A DNA stretch of 64,000 bases from Octopus vulgaris (GCA_951406725.2 OX597821.1:90830001-90894000), one strand, 5' to 3'; counted from the stretch's first letter, positions 1 to 12,420 are shown. Numbers and translations: made by a program. Notes: a model not told the origin generated them from the sequence alone.

Positions 1-184
1 AATAATAATAAATTTGAAACAATATTTTGATATGCTCAAAAGAACATCACTATGCTGTTTTATTACATTATAAAATCTCATTACAGATTCATTACCATTC
101 AAAGACACCATCAGGCTCTAATGTAATTTTAGAACCACAATAAAGTCTATCAGAAGACTAAAACTTGATTGTCTCTTTCTAAAG

Positions 185-294
<110 letters not shown>

Positions 295-384
295 TAGTAT
301 TTATTTCTCCAAAGTGATGGATTAGTTGTAGCCATATGCTGATGTTAAATTGTATTAATCTATCTACAACTAAAGTTTTCCTGC

Positions 385-660
385 ATCATCATCATTATCA
401 CCATCATCATCATCATCATCGTCGTCGTCGTCGTCGTCTTCATCATCCCTTAACATCCGCTTTCCGTGCTGACATGGATTGGATGAGTTGACAAAATCCA
501 GTGAACTGCAAGGCTGCATTGGACTCCACGTGTTTCTTTCGGCATGGTTTCTACAGCTGGATACTCTTCCTAATGCCAACCACTTTACAGAGTGTACTGG
601 GTGCTATTTTTCGTGCCACTAGAAATAGTGGGGTTAACCAGGTAACTTGGAAGGTAGAAG
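385..660 (-). mobile_element. Degenerate 3'UTR/tail of RTE-clade LINE (family with (GAT)n tail)
   Basis: (ATC)n tail, then TTAACATCCGCTTTCC...CAGCTGGATACTCTTCCTAATGCCAACCAC. Matches copies at 9.7, 38.7, 40.8, 42.5 and 48.8 kb. Confidence 0.8.
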
Positions 661-1221
661 AGGATCAGTGAGGGGTAAAGGTAAAAGCTGACATTATCAA
701 ATGGGGAATATTCAAGAGGGGAAGGCAGATTAATACTGGATTTTGAAAGGTTAAAGTAATATAGAGGGATAAGCACCGGTGTTTTCAGAATCTTAAATCT
801 AACATGATCTTAGGAGCATGTTGTGTATTTCAATTGACAGATAACCTTGCAGTGCATACTTGTCTCTTTTCCAAGTACATTTTTCCATTTGACTATTCTG
901 TGAAAAGCTATTTCGCCATTTTACACAGTTGGATGACCATATACTTTCTTTAGTCTATATACAGCAGAATGAAGGTGTTCATCTTAGTCGCTGACCACTC
1001 AAACTTGGGATAAAAAATTAAAGAATTATGCTGGATGGTGAACAAAAGTGTGGAGTGGAGTGAAAGCATTTGAAGAAACCAGGAAAATGTGTGTGTGTGT
1101 GTGTGTTTGTTTGTGTGTGTGTGTGTGTGTGTGCATGTGTGTGTGTGTGCATGTGTGTGTGCATGTGTGTGTGTGCATGTGTGTGTGTGTGTGTATGCAG
1201 ATATGTTTGTATGTGTGTGCA

Positions 1222-1416
1222 TGTGCAGATATGCTTGTGTGTGTACATGTGACAATGGTGTCTGTGATGACGGGGTTGGGGTGTTCCCTGTCAGACTAGC
1301 AGGGTTTGTTGATATCAATTAGTGTAATGTAGGTATAGATCTCAGGAACACTGTCACAGTCTATTGACGTTGAATATATTGTCCCGTCAAACAGACAATG
1401 CCTATATACATATATA
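1222..1416 (+). repeat. ~195-bp interspersed repeat, copy 1 (copy 2 at 3801-3995)
   Basis: High-identity direct repeat (GTCAGACTAGCAGGGTTTGTTGATATCAATTAGTGTAATGTAG...). Confidence 0.85.
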
Positions 1417-1837
1417 CATGCAAGACTCAAGAAAGATTTAAGGAAGAATGTTAAAATCAAGAAGGTGAATCACAATGATCTTTTTGTGTGCACAGTTTGT
1501 AACAGACCATGCCTTTTTTCACTGGGCTCAAATCTCATTTGCGAACCCATGGGAAACAAATCTCCACACCAACTATTCTGCCTATATGCCTGTATACACC
1601 TTTCAATGCAATGTATACCAGAAGGTTTGCAAATCTAACAGAGGCATCAAAAGACATTTTAAGATCTACAAAGATCAGAACTTATCTACAGCTCTTTGTG
1701 GTCCCAATCGGATATGCAATCTATGTAGGTGTCTTTTCAAAACATTGTCTGGTTTAAAAAGCCACATCAGATGCCATAATGGCTCTAAGGTGTAGGTACA
1801 GGAGGTGGTCAAGCTCTGCATTATTAGATAACCACCA
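1417..1837 (+). mobile_element. LINE (RTE-like) ORF C-terminus with three C2H2 zinc fingers, frameshifted
   Basis: Translates HARLKKDLRK...FVCTVCNRPCL/FTGLKSHLRTH, QCNVYQKVCKSNRGIKRHFKIY, ICNLCRCLFKTLSGLKSHIRCH. Frameshifts are present; a short 3'UTR runs into (TG)n; a second copy lies at 4503-4808. Confidence 0.7.
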
Positions 1838-1915
1838 TGTGTGTGTGTGTGTGTGTGTGTGTGCATGTGTGTGTGTATGAGTAAATATAAATGCATATAT
1901 ATATATATATATATA

Positions 1916-1947
<32 letters not shown>

Positions 1948-1949
<2 letters not shown>

Positions 1950-2333
1950 CGCAGGAGTGGCTGTGTGGTAAGTAGCTTGCTTACAAACCACATGGTTCCG
2001 AGTTCAGTCCCACTGCGTGGCACCTTGGGCAAGTGTCTTCTACTATAGCCTCGGGCCGACCAAAGCCTTGTGAGTGGGTTTGGTAGACAGAAACTGAAAG
2101 AAGCCTGTCGTATATATGTATATATATATATGTGTGTGTATGTTTGTGTGTCTGTGTTTGTCCCCTAGCATTGCTTGACAACCGATGCTGGTGTGTTTAT
2201 GTCCCCGTCACTTAGTGGTTCGGCAAAAGAGAATAAGTACTGGGCTTACAAAGAATAAGTCCCAGGGTCAAGTTGCTCGATTAAAGGCAGTGCTCCAGCA
2301 TGGTCACAGTCAAATGACTAAAACAAGTAAAAG
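1948..2333 (+). mobile_element. SINE family A (tRNA-like head, CORE-like segment, internal TA/TG microsatellite)
   Basis: GGCGCAGGAGTGGCTGTGTGG (A box), GAGTTCAGTCCC (B box), CACCTTGGGCAAGT, tail CAGCATGGTCACAGTCAAATGACT. Confidence 0.92.
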
Positions 2334-3800
2334 TGTATATATGTGCATACCTCTCCTTCTCTCTCTCTCTCTCTTTATATATATATTTATATATATATAT
2401 AATTTTTCATGTAAGAGTTGGTCCTGTTGTTCAGAAAAATCTGTACTCATGACATTTATTTCTGAAGAACAGTTGAACTGAATGTGAAATGCTCACTGAA
2501 GAAATTAATTACCAAACAATTAAGATTATATTAAAAATTTAACTATAAAAATGTGTTAACCATATAATTATATAACATAAAAATACAACTGATTATTTCT
2601 AATGTCTCTTAATATTAGAAACGGCTACAATAGATTCAAGTATACTAATTGAAAAAAAAAACATCAAGGGTTACTTAACATTATTTAGCCTCAAAATAAT
2701 GTGAATTAACTTATTGAATATTTTTCCTGATCACCACGTTTAACACTATAGATATTAAGAACATTAGAGCTGAACAAATGTCTCTTTTTAATATAGTATT
2801 AATGGTGGCATAGCAAATTCTGTGTAATTCTTTGTTAGTCTTCAGGTAAATATTTGACTAAATCTAGTTCAATAATTTATTATGAATAGAATTTACTATT
2901 AATATGTGAAGTGGGAGTCAAAATAGAGAGGTTGGGTTCTCACTCATTTTAGAAATGTTGAATGCAGTCCTCTCAGGAAGACTTATATAATTTAAATCAT
3001 TGCACGCTTCAGTAGCTCCAGAAAAATCTCTAAATTTGTATAATCATCCAACCTCTAGAATTCTAGAAGTATCAATAAAGATGATGCAAAAGTGTTTTGT
3101 GTGAGCATAAGTGTGTGCATATATATCAAATTATATATGTTTGTATATATGTGCGTGTGTGTATGTATGTGTGTATTTACATACACACACATATATAAAT
3201 ATATATATATACATAAATATATATAAATACACACACAAACACATGTATGTATGTATTTAAAGAAGGAAAGAAAGAAAATTATTAAACACACCCAGCTTTA
3301 ATTTTATGATTGATTTAGTCTCAGAGGAATAACGTTTTATTGGATGGTAAAAAAGAATGCCATGAAATGGATTGAGTTCTTCAAAGAACTTACCACGATT
3401 GATACTAAACACTATGGACTCTCTGGGGTATGGTGGAGAAAGTGGCGGTAAACAAACACTGTATTCTAAATCACTAAGCTAACAATCCTATTCAGAAAAC
3501 ATATAAAAAAATGTAAATAAAAAACACTCAGACTAAAGTTTATTTCAAAGAGCTGTGAATAGGAAAATGTAATTTAAAACTAATGCATCCTTAAGAAAAG
3601 AAGTCAAAAAACAACTCATTTCAATGAATAGTAAATAGTTAATTTCTGAGGTAGATTTCATTCAATGAATAAATGGTTTAATAAACACACTTTGCTGTCT
3701 TTATTCACTTTCTTTTATTTTACTTTAGTGTATAAGTGTGTAGGTGTATATTCATGTGTGTGTGTGTATGTGTGCATAGACAGATGTGTTTGTGTGTATG

Positions 3801-3995
3801 TGTGCAGATATGTTTGCGTGTGTACATGTGACGATGGTGTCTGTGATGACAGGGGTGGGGTGTCCCCTGTCAGACTAGCAGGGTTTGTTGATATCAATTA
3901 GTGTAATGTAGATATAGATCTCAGGAACACTGTCACAGTCTATTGATGTTGTATATACTGTCCCATCAAACAGACAATGCCTATATACATATATA
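3801..3995 (+). repeat. ~195-bp interspersed repeat, copy 2
   Basis: Direct repeat of 1222-1416; contains hairpin TGACAGGGG-N8-CCCCTGTCA. Confidence 0.85.
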
Positions 3996-4224
3996 TACAC
4001 ACACACATTTAAACACTATGTAAGTATTTATTGATAACTATACAGTCATACCCTAGTTAATGTCTATAAACTGTGACTAGTAAATATATACAACTAAAAT
4101 AAGTGAACCTCTAGGTCAATACCACCAGACAGATTGACAATCAATCAGTGAGCTCAGGATACTGCTCACTCAACGTCTACAAAATACATACAGCTATACT
4201 GTGTCCATTCTCCAAAGCCTACAC

Positions 4225-4502
4225 TAAAAAAAAAGGGACCCACTTCAGTCATGAATGACTATGGGATTGCACCAAGAAAATTCCCCTCCGAGGCACACGT
4301 CTGGGCAAGGCTGTTTATAGATGACAAGCAGTTGCCTAGACATACCAGCCTCCTCTCTCTAAACTACTAATGTTATCCAAGGGAATGGAAAAAGGCCAAT
4401 ACAGCTTGACACCAGTGATATCACGACTCATTTCTACAACTGAGTCGACTGGAACAATCTGAAATAAAGTGTCTTGCTCAAGCATACAACGCACAGCCTA
4501 GT
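4225..4502 (-). mobile_element. 5'-truncated SINE, family C-related
   Basis: Reverse strand reads TGCTTGAGCAAGACACTTTATTTCAGATTGTTCCAGTCGACTCAG, the central segment of family C copies. Confidence 0.7.
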
Positions 4503-4808
4503 CATGATCTTTTTGTGTGCACAATTTGTGACAGCCCATGCCTTTCTTTCACTGGGCTCAAATCTCATTTGCCAACCCATGGAAAACAAACCTTCACCAA
4601 CTATTCTGCCTATATGACTGTGCACACCTTTCATTGCAATGCATGCCAGAAGGTTTGACCACCTCCTGTACCTACACCTTAGAGCCATCATGGCATCTGG
4701 TGTGACTTTTTAAACCAGACAATATTTTAAAAAGACACCCACATAGATGGCATATCCGATTTGGACCACCAAGAGCTGCAGATACGTTCTGATCTTTGTG
4801 GATCTTAA
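4503..4808. mobile_element. Rearranged copy of the zinc-finger LINE end (forward 4503-4657, inverted 4655-4808)
   Basis: Forward part matches ~1474-1629; second part is the reverse complement of 1659-1812. Confidence 0.85.
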
Positions 4809-4981
4809 GTTTGAACTTTCAAATTCTTCATTCTCCTTATTCTCAATATATATACATATATATAGAAATGAAGCTGATACGATCTACTGGATGTGTAATG
4901 TCAGTGTGCATACACAACAGAGTGTGAGTGCCCCAAGAGAAAAGTCATGGTTGTAAGCCTGACTCTCTAACCAATGAGCCA

Positions 4982-5198
4982 TAAATCTTTTGTATTTAAA
5001 TCAGCCATTTCTGGCACAAATATTCTTCTTGCTATATGTTCAAACCAGCCAGACTCAAACTCTCACACCTCCCCTGCAAGAATAAAACAATCACATCATT
5101 GAAATCTTGAAGCTAAAAAATTATGCATGATTAATTCAAAAGAATGTTAATAGATAAGCATTATTATTTGACAGAGTAATCTGAATATCAAATGGTTA
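4982..5198 (+). mobile_element. Degenerate piggyBac-type MITE
   Basis: Homologous to 30952-31173; ends ACAGAGTAATCTGAATATCAAATGG-TTAA. Confidence 0.7.
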
Positions 5199-5382
5199 AG
5201 TCTCTTTTCCCAAGAACTTTAGGCCCTTTGAAATTCCTTTCATAAATTTTCAAGCAGCCTTCAGACAGTGTTTTCTCCTGATTGAAAATGAAATTCCAGA
5301 TGACATAGAAACACTTGTCTGTCAACTCAGCACCACCAGATGATACATACATACATACATACATACATACATACATACATGT

Positions 5383-5427
<45 letters not shown>

Positions 5428-5432
<5 letters not shown>

Positions 5433-5671
5433 ATATTTCGGAATGGTCATATTGCCAGTTTAGCCAATAAAAACACACGCACTATATATTTGGTGTTATT
5501 TTGTTCAGTGATATTTATTTTTTACATTAATCTTAATCTTATTTCGGCCAAAGTTCTTTCATCACACTCCTATATTGGCTAAACTGGCAATATGACCATT
5601 CCGAAATATAACAATATCTGTTTCAACACACGACTTCACATAAAAAATCTTGCACAACAAATATTTAAACG
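5428..5671. mobile_element. Foldback element, Penelope-like terminus (42-bp perfect inverted arms plus one-sided tail)
   Basis: Arms 5428-5469 and 5573-5614; flanked by (TA)n; non-inverted longer copy at 10248-10612. Confidence 0.7.
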
Positions 5672-5685
5672 TATATATATATATA

Positions 5686-5930
5686 TACTAGTAAAGGGTT
5701 CAGCAAAGAATTGCCTCACCACACACCGAAGTTCTTCTAGAAAGAAATGGCTAAGATTTTTGGCTGCTATTTCTGAACTTCGGTGTTTGATGAGGCAATT
5801 CTTTGCTGAACCCTTTTATTAGTATTACTAAAATTTACCGTGTAACGGTCCTGTTTTCATACCGAATTCTACTTGCTGAAATTTATTGATTACTTCTTAA
5901 TTAATTAATTTTACCCTTTGTTATTATTGA
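5686..5930. mobile_element. Foldback element in (TA)n (arms ~49 bp plus tail)
   Basis: Inverted arms ~5686-5734 and ~5775-5824. Confidence 0.65.
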
Positions 5931-6093
5931 TATATATATATATATACCAATACTGAGTCAATATTTTGATTCCAAGGCTGGTATTAATCTGCATACCAAG
6001 TTTTATTTCTCATGAGCTTATCCAGCCCTTTGAAACACCGTGTCTGTGCCAATATTTTTCAGCAACTGTCAACTTGAAAATATATATCATTAC

Positions 6094-6160
6094 CTATATT
6101 TTAATCTCGCCAGTCTTGGAGAGCTTATGATAGCTATGGGCAGAACTCTCCATCCAGATA
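6094..6160 (-). CDS. Candidate 67-bp internal exon, unknown product
   Basis: Acceptor CTTTTTTATTTTCAG, donor AG|GTAATG; one open frame (x)SGWRVLPIAIISSPRLARLKY(R/S). No homology recognised. Confidence 0.3.
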
Positions 6161-6721
6161 CTGAAAATAAAAAAGGTAAGCTGCTCATTTCTCAGATACA
6201 AGTTGTACACCACTGTAATATATAGGAGAGAGAAAGAGAGGGGGAGAGAGGGAGAGAGAGGGATTGTGGAGGAGAGAACAGAGACAATATGATGATTATA
6301 ATGCAAACCATATGCATAAAAGTAATATTCACACATACATTCTCACACTCACACTCACACATTCTCTCAAATACAATGATATATTATACATGAAAACTAC
6401 TTCTTTTGCTATCCAATGCCTTGTCTCTAAAAAATTTGCCATATTTAGCTATTTAGAGGAGAAAAAAAAAACGCAAGGTAAGAAAGACAAAAGAAATAAT
6501 ACAAGATACAACAAATAAAATATTAAAATGGAATGAAAATAAGAAAAAGAAGTAACTGGAAGGATGGATATGCATTATCTGTAAATAATATTTACACATG
6601 GTTTCTGTCTTCAGAAATGTTGACAGATTGGTGAAACAGCTCTGTAAAACAATACAAAGACAGGCCTGACATATCCTGTCAAAATCAGCAATGAGCTTTC
6701 TAGGAAAAAATGGAGAAAGAA

Positions 6722-6759
<38 letters not shown>

Positions 6760-7154
6760 ATAATAATAATAATAATAATAGGAATATATATGCCATATTC
6801 TGTTTCTCTCTCTCTTACCCATTTAAAAAATACTTTTCTGCCCCCCTCCCATTTTTGCATTTTTTTTCAATATTTCACTTTTTGTAGAGATTATCAGAGA
6901 AGGGTTTTTACACACTCATTTATCTATCCTGCTCTCTCTCTCTCCCTCCATCTCTCTCCCTCTGTATATCTCATAATAATAATAATAATTAAACATCATC
7001 TTCTATGCTAGTATGGGTCAGACAGTTTCACACAATCAAACAAATCTGAAGAGAAATTTATGTGTCCCTGCCTGCTTTTGATGCACGTCCTTCATAATGC
7101 CAACCACTTTATAGAGTGTGTATGTGTAAGCATGTGTGTGTATGTATATATATC

Positions 7155-7792
7155 TTTTACTTATTTCAGTCATTGGATTGCAACCATGCTGGGGCACCAA
7201 CTCGAAGAATTTAAATTGAAATTTTTTGTAAAGCCTGGTGCTTATTTTGTCAGTATCTTTTGCAGAACTGCTAAGTTATACAGAAGGAAACATACCAACA
7301 GCAGTTGTCAAGTGGTGGTGGAGAAGAAACATAAGGCAGCGAGCTGGCAGAAACGTTAGCACGCCGGGCGAAATATTTAGCGGTATTTCGTCTGCGTTAC
7401 GTTCTGAGTTCGAATTCCGACGAGGTCAACTTTGCCTTTCATCCTTTCGGGGTTGATAAATTAAGTACCAGTTACGCACTGGGGTCGATGTAATCGACTT
7501 AATACCTATGTCTGTCCTTGTTTGTCCCCTCTGTGTTTAGCCCCTTGTGGGTAATAAAGAAATAGGTAGAGAAGAAACATATATGCAAAAACTTACATGC
7601 AAGCATAAATAAACACAGACAGACACGCACACATATATGACAGGATTCGTTCAGTTTCCATCTACCAAATCCACTCACAAGGCTTTGCTTGGCCCAAAGC
7701 CTTGCGTAGAAGACACTTGTCCAAGGTGCCACACAGTGGGACTGAACCCAGAAGCATGTGGCTGGAAGAAACCTTCGTACCACACAGTCACT
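7155..7792 (-). mobile_element. Older SINE family A copy interrupted by a family B copy
   Basis: 3' half at 7155-7320, 5' half at ~7600-7792. Confidence 0.75.
7334..7568 (+). mobile_element. SINE family B (tRNA-like head, Meta-domain-like core) with 13-bp TSD
   Basis: AGGCAGCGAGCTGGCAGAAACGTTAG...GAGTTCGAATTCC...GCCTTTCATCCTTTCGGGGTTGATAAATTAAGTACC; TSD GAGAAGAAACATA at 7321 and 7569. Confidence 0.93.
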
Positions 7793-8318
7793 TCCATTAA
7801 GAAACATTATGGCTGGTTTATATAATGTGTTTGGTGTTTCCAAGTAATCTTCAGGCTTTGAGCACATGGCTTGTTCCATTTGAAAAGCAGGGCACAGATA
7901 CATAGGAAATGGGAAGACAAAGGGTGAATAAAAATGGAAAAAGAAAGGAAAAAAAGAAAGGAAATTGGAATTAGATTCCCTTTGTAAAAATCATATTCAA
8001 ACTGGCTGGTGCAGAATAATTCAACGGAAAGGAGTCCAAAATCTATGAGACATCATTCAATGCATAGAAGGTCGGTCTTGTACTCCATTTCAACAAAAGA
8101 AATTTGTCCTATGCTTGCTTTTCCTGAAAATTTTGAATCTGGATTTATGCAGTGTTTTGGAATTCTTGCATATATATATAAAAAAAAAAATGTGTTATCT
8201 TTCAGCTACACATAAGTTGCATTTCTTATTTATCTTTCCTGGGATGGAGTACTTTCTTTGTTGATCTTACCTGAATGGAACAGTAAGGTGTGTGTGTGTG
8301 TGTGTGAATGTATGTAAG

Positions 8319-8357
<39 letters not shown>

Positions 8358-8464
8358 GAATATATATATGAGTGTGTGTGTGTGTCCATTTACATATGCA
8401 TCTTTTTCTTATCTCTCTCTGAAATCATTTGTCTATCTATTTATCTATCTAGCTATCTATCTAC

Positions 8465-8541
<77 letters not shown>

Positions 8542-9176
8542 AATTCTCTTGAAATCAATTTTTAATTATTTCTAAGGATATTTTTCTTCTTTAAAACTAA
8601 TTTTGATTTACATATTTATGTTATTTTGGAGCATTAGAATGTTGCTTTCAGATTGTATCATAATGGACTTATTGTTCAGTACACAATTATGGAATAAAAC
8701 CCGGTTATTTATTTGAGGCAACTCAATCATTCTTTCAAATATATATTTTTCCTCTGCAGTAAATTGTTACCTCTTACAGCAATCAACAAAATATATTTGG
8801 TTCTGCATTTATATATATATATATTAAAAGAAGCAAAATAGTAAGATCCTATTGAGCTGTCATTGTGATCTGATTTCAATCCCAGCTCGAAGCAATTTAT
8901 TTTAATATTAATATCACTAAAAAGGGGGAAAAAAAAACAACATTCCTATAACCCCATATTTGCATGTCTGAAGAATGCTAGACGTTATATGTCAAAAGCC
9001 ATCCAAAATACTTTCTACATTATTCTGTCATCTCATCTGAAACACAATTCATCTTTGAAAAAAGGAACCAAGAATTCATAGAAAAATAATATGCTCCACA
9101 AAAATTGGGATGTATTCATTGGAATATAATGAAGAAATGATAAAAAGACATCAACCCATTCAAGTACATGAAGCAA

Positions 9177-9317
<141 letters not shown>

Positions 9318-9698
9318 AACCAGGGCCATGTTAATAACTTAGGAGTGAAATTTAGGATTGCTAGGTTTTCTGTGAATCGATTTTGAGAAAACTTTTCCAA
9401 ACTGGTTTGCACACTATGGCAACATCATTGTTATGTTTCCATTACTCTGTGTAACGTCCTTTCTTTTTTATTTCAGATTCTTCAGGTTTTGGGTAAACCA
9501 TGCTGATAGCTTTTGAATGAAAAAACCCCATCTAGACATTTTTTTCAGAAAGTGAAGGGTAATGATACATATTAAGCATTCGTTGAATATATATTTAACA
9601 GGAAACCATAATAATATTGCAACATTTATTGACATAATGAATTTTTTAGCTACATGAGTACCATTTTGATAGATAACTTTAAAAACCCTATATATATA

Positions 9699-10220
9699 TC
9701 ATCATCATCATCGTCGTTTAATGTCTGCTTTCCATGCTAGCATGGGTTCGATGATTTGACTGAGGACTGGCAATCCAGATGGCGGCACTAGGCTCCAATC
9801 TGACCTGGCAGAGTTTCTACTGCTGGATGCCCTTCCTAACACCAACTACTCCAAGAGTGTAGTGGCTGCTTTTACATGCCAACGGTATGAGGGCCAGTCA
9901 GGCGGTACTGGCAACGGCAGTGCTCAAATGGTGTGTTTTCGTGCCACATGCACAGGAGCCAGTCCAGCAGCACTGGCAATGACCTTGCTCAAATGTTTTT
10001 TCATGTGCCACTGGCACAAGTGCCAGTAAGGCGATGCTGGCAACGATGACGCTGGAATGGTGTTTTTCAAGTGCCACCGGCATGGAAACCAGTTTGCTTC
10101 TCTGGCAACGATCATGCTCGGATGGTGCTCTTAGTGCTTCATTAGCACCGATGCCAGTCATCGAATTTGATTTCGATTTCACTTGCCTCAACAGGTTTTC
10201 GCAAGCAGAGTTTAGTGTGT
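9699..10220 (-). mobile_element. RTE-clade LINE 3'UTR copy
   Basis: (ATC)n tail, GCTGGATGCCCTTCCTAAC, degenerate internal tandem units; colinear with 48809-49310. Confidence 0.88.
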
Positions 10221-10247
10221 ATATATATATATGTATTTATATATATA

Positions 10248-10612
10248 TTGTTGTATTTAGGAATGGTCATTTTGCCAGTTTAGCCAATAAAAACACACGC
10301 ACTATATATTTGGTATTACTTTGCTTCAGTGTTATTTATTTTTTACATTAATCTTAATCTTATTTTGGCCAGAGTTCTTTCGTCACACTCCTGTGACTAC
10401 ATCATTGGTCCTTTGCTTTCTTCTTTCTTATTTGTGTGTCTCTCCTTACTAACGGTCAGCCATTTTGTATTTTGCATTTCTATTGTATGTGTCTTCATTT
10501 GCGCATGCGTATACTTCTATGTGTGTGCCTATGTTTAGTTAGTGTGTGTGGGGGGGAGTGCCTGTAATATTTGTATCTTCTGTTTATATACATTCGTGTA
10601 ATTTGTTTTTGT
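10248..10612 (-). mobile_element. Penelope-like terminal repeat with degenerate hammerhead-like motif
   Basis: Same family as 5428-5570. Minus strand 10411-10367 reads GGACCA-ATGATGTA-GTCAC-AGGAGT-GTGAC-GAAA-GAACTC-TGGCC. Confidence 0.6.
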
Positions 10613-10629
10613 AAATATATATATATATA

Positions 10630-11025
10630 TCTTTATATATAAAAGTGAAGTTGTGTGTCTGTCTCCTACGATTTAGATTCCTAACTACTCCCACATTTTG
10701 CGGTGCAGTTTAACCAAAACTGGGTATCTTATAGTCGTGATTCATAGCGAGCACTTCTGGGTATTAGTGCGTCTACGATGAGTCTACGATTTAAAAAAAA
10801 AATTACCATGGTTTTTTTCCATTTTAATGCATTTTTTTGCTATTATATAAGGGAAGTAACTCTCTAAAAATGTCTACGATGAGTCAACGATTTCTAAAAA
10901 AATTTACCACAATTTTTTTTCCATTTTTAATGCATTTTTTTGCTATTTTTTGGCTATAACTCTCTAAAAATGTTTATATAGTTATTTCCCTTACAAACCC
11001 GAGCAACGCCGGGCGATACTGCTAG
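10630..11025 (+). mobile_element. Non-autonomous Helitron
   Basis: 5' TC, 3' CTAG, subterminal hairpin CCCGAGCAACGCCGGG, inserted between A and T; four copies in window. Confidence 0.88.
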
Positions 11026-11204
11026 TATATATATATATATATATATATATATACTTGTCTATATCTCCATGAAACCTACCAGTTAAACATAGATTCATTC
11101 ATTAAACATAGATTCATTCATTCATTTGGTTCTTTGGTTCTCATTCACACTTGAGGTGACAGCAAGATCATTTTGCCTTCTACACACATGCACACATATA
11201 TATG

Positions 11205-11420
11205 TAGATAAAGATAGTTATGGTAGGCCTATGGGATTACCCACGGAGTGGTTATAGGCCACTGGCCTTTAGGTTCTGAGAAGACACTGTAAAGCTAAGT
11301 GCTTCATGGATGCGAAACCCTGGGTTACCCCATAGACCAGCCATAACTACCTTCATCTAAATACTCTACTGCTCTATATCTCAGACTGTGCCTCTCTTTC
11401 AGATTTATGGTTTACTGAAA
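11205..11420. mobile_element. Degenerate foldback element (arms ~39 bp plus tail)
   Basis: Imperfect inverted arms 11205-11243 and 11321-11359; TA flanks. Confidence 0.55.
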
Positions 11421-11634
11421 ATATATATACAAACTTATATATAATATTTTAATCGCATTATATTTCATTGTGGATAAGTCTACAGGTTGACTAGTGATAT
11501 ACTGCAATATAGATTTATATTATATCACATCTGACAAAAAACAAAACACCAAACTTATCAGTGTTAAATTGTCTGTTATGTAATATAAAGATCATGTATC
11601 TGTGTATGTATGTGTTAATGTGTATATGTGTAGG

Positions 11635-11897
11635 AGAAAGATAGATTTAGAAAGAGAGAGATTGCTAGATAGATAGATAGAGAGAGAGAATGAGATAGCT
11701 AGCTAGATAGATTGATAGATAGAGATATTGATAGATAGATATATACAGAGAGAGAGAAAGAGAGAGTTTAATAGAGAGATAGAGAGATAGATAAAAAGAG
11801 AGGGAGAGAGAGATTGCTAGATAGATAGATAGAGAGAGAGAGAGAGAGTGAGAGAGAGATTGATAGATAGACATATAGATAGATAGATAGAGTGATT

Positions 11898-11967
<70 letters not shown>

Positions 11968-12420
11968 GTGATAGATAGAGAGATTGATAGATAGACAGAT
12001 AGATAGAAAGAGAGAGAGATAGAGAGAAATAGAGAGAGAGAGAGATAGATAGAGAGAGAGAAAATGGAAGATAGGTAGATTGGTAGACAAATATATACGT
12101 ATGTGCTTATCTCTCTCCCTTTATCTCTCTCTCTATCTATCTCCTTCCATATATATATATGGGAAGTGAGAGACAGACAGACAGACTGACAGATAAGTTA
12201 GGTAAATAGATTGGTAGAGAGATACTTGGATGGATGGATGGATGGATGGATGGATGGATGGACGGATGGAGGGATGGAGGCATAGATGGATGGATGGATC
12301 AATGGTAGGTTAGATAGATAGCTAGGGAGATACTTAGATAAATTGATATTCTGATCAATTGATAGATGGATACATAGACATATAGATGGATGGATCAGTG
12401 GATGGATAAAGATGCAAGCA
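11635..12420. repeat. (GATA)n/(GA)n/(GGAT)n low-complexity tract
   Basis: Direct runs. Confidence 0.95.

Noticed and set aside
1475-1795. Host C2H2 zinc-finger gene
   Set aside because: Frameshifted, lacks TGEKP linkers, has a LINE-like context and tail, and a rearranged second copy lies nearby.
2400-5280. Further minus-strand exon candidates near 2461, 3029-2946 and 5278
   Set aside because: Weak acceptors or no donor, several equally plausible frames, and no recognisable protein.
8009-8290. Short ORFs and a splice-like site in a unique island
   Set aside because: Stops in most frames; acceptor versus donor reading is ambiguous.
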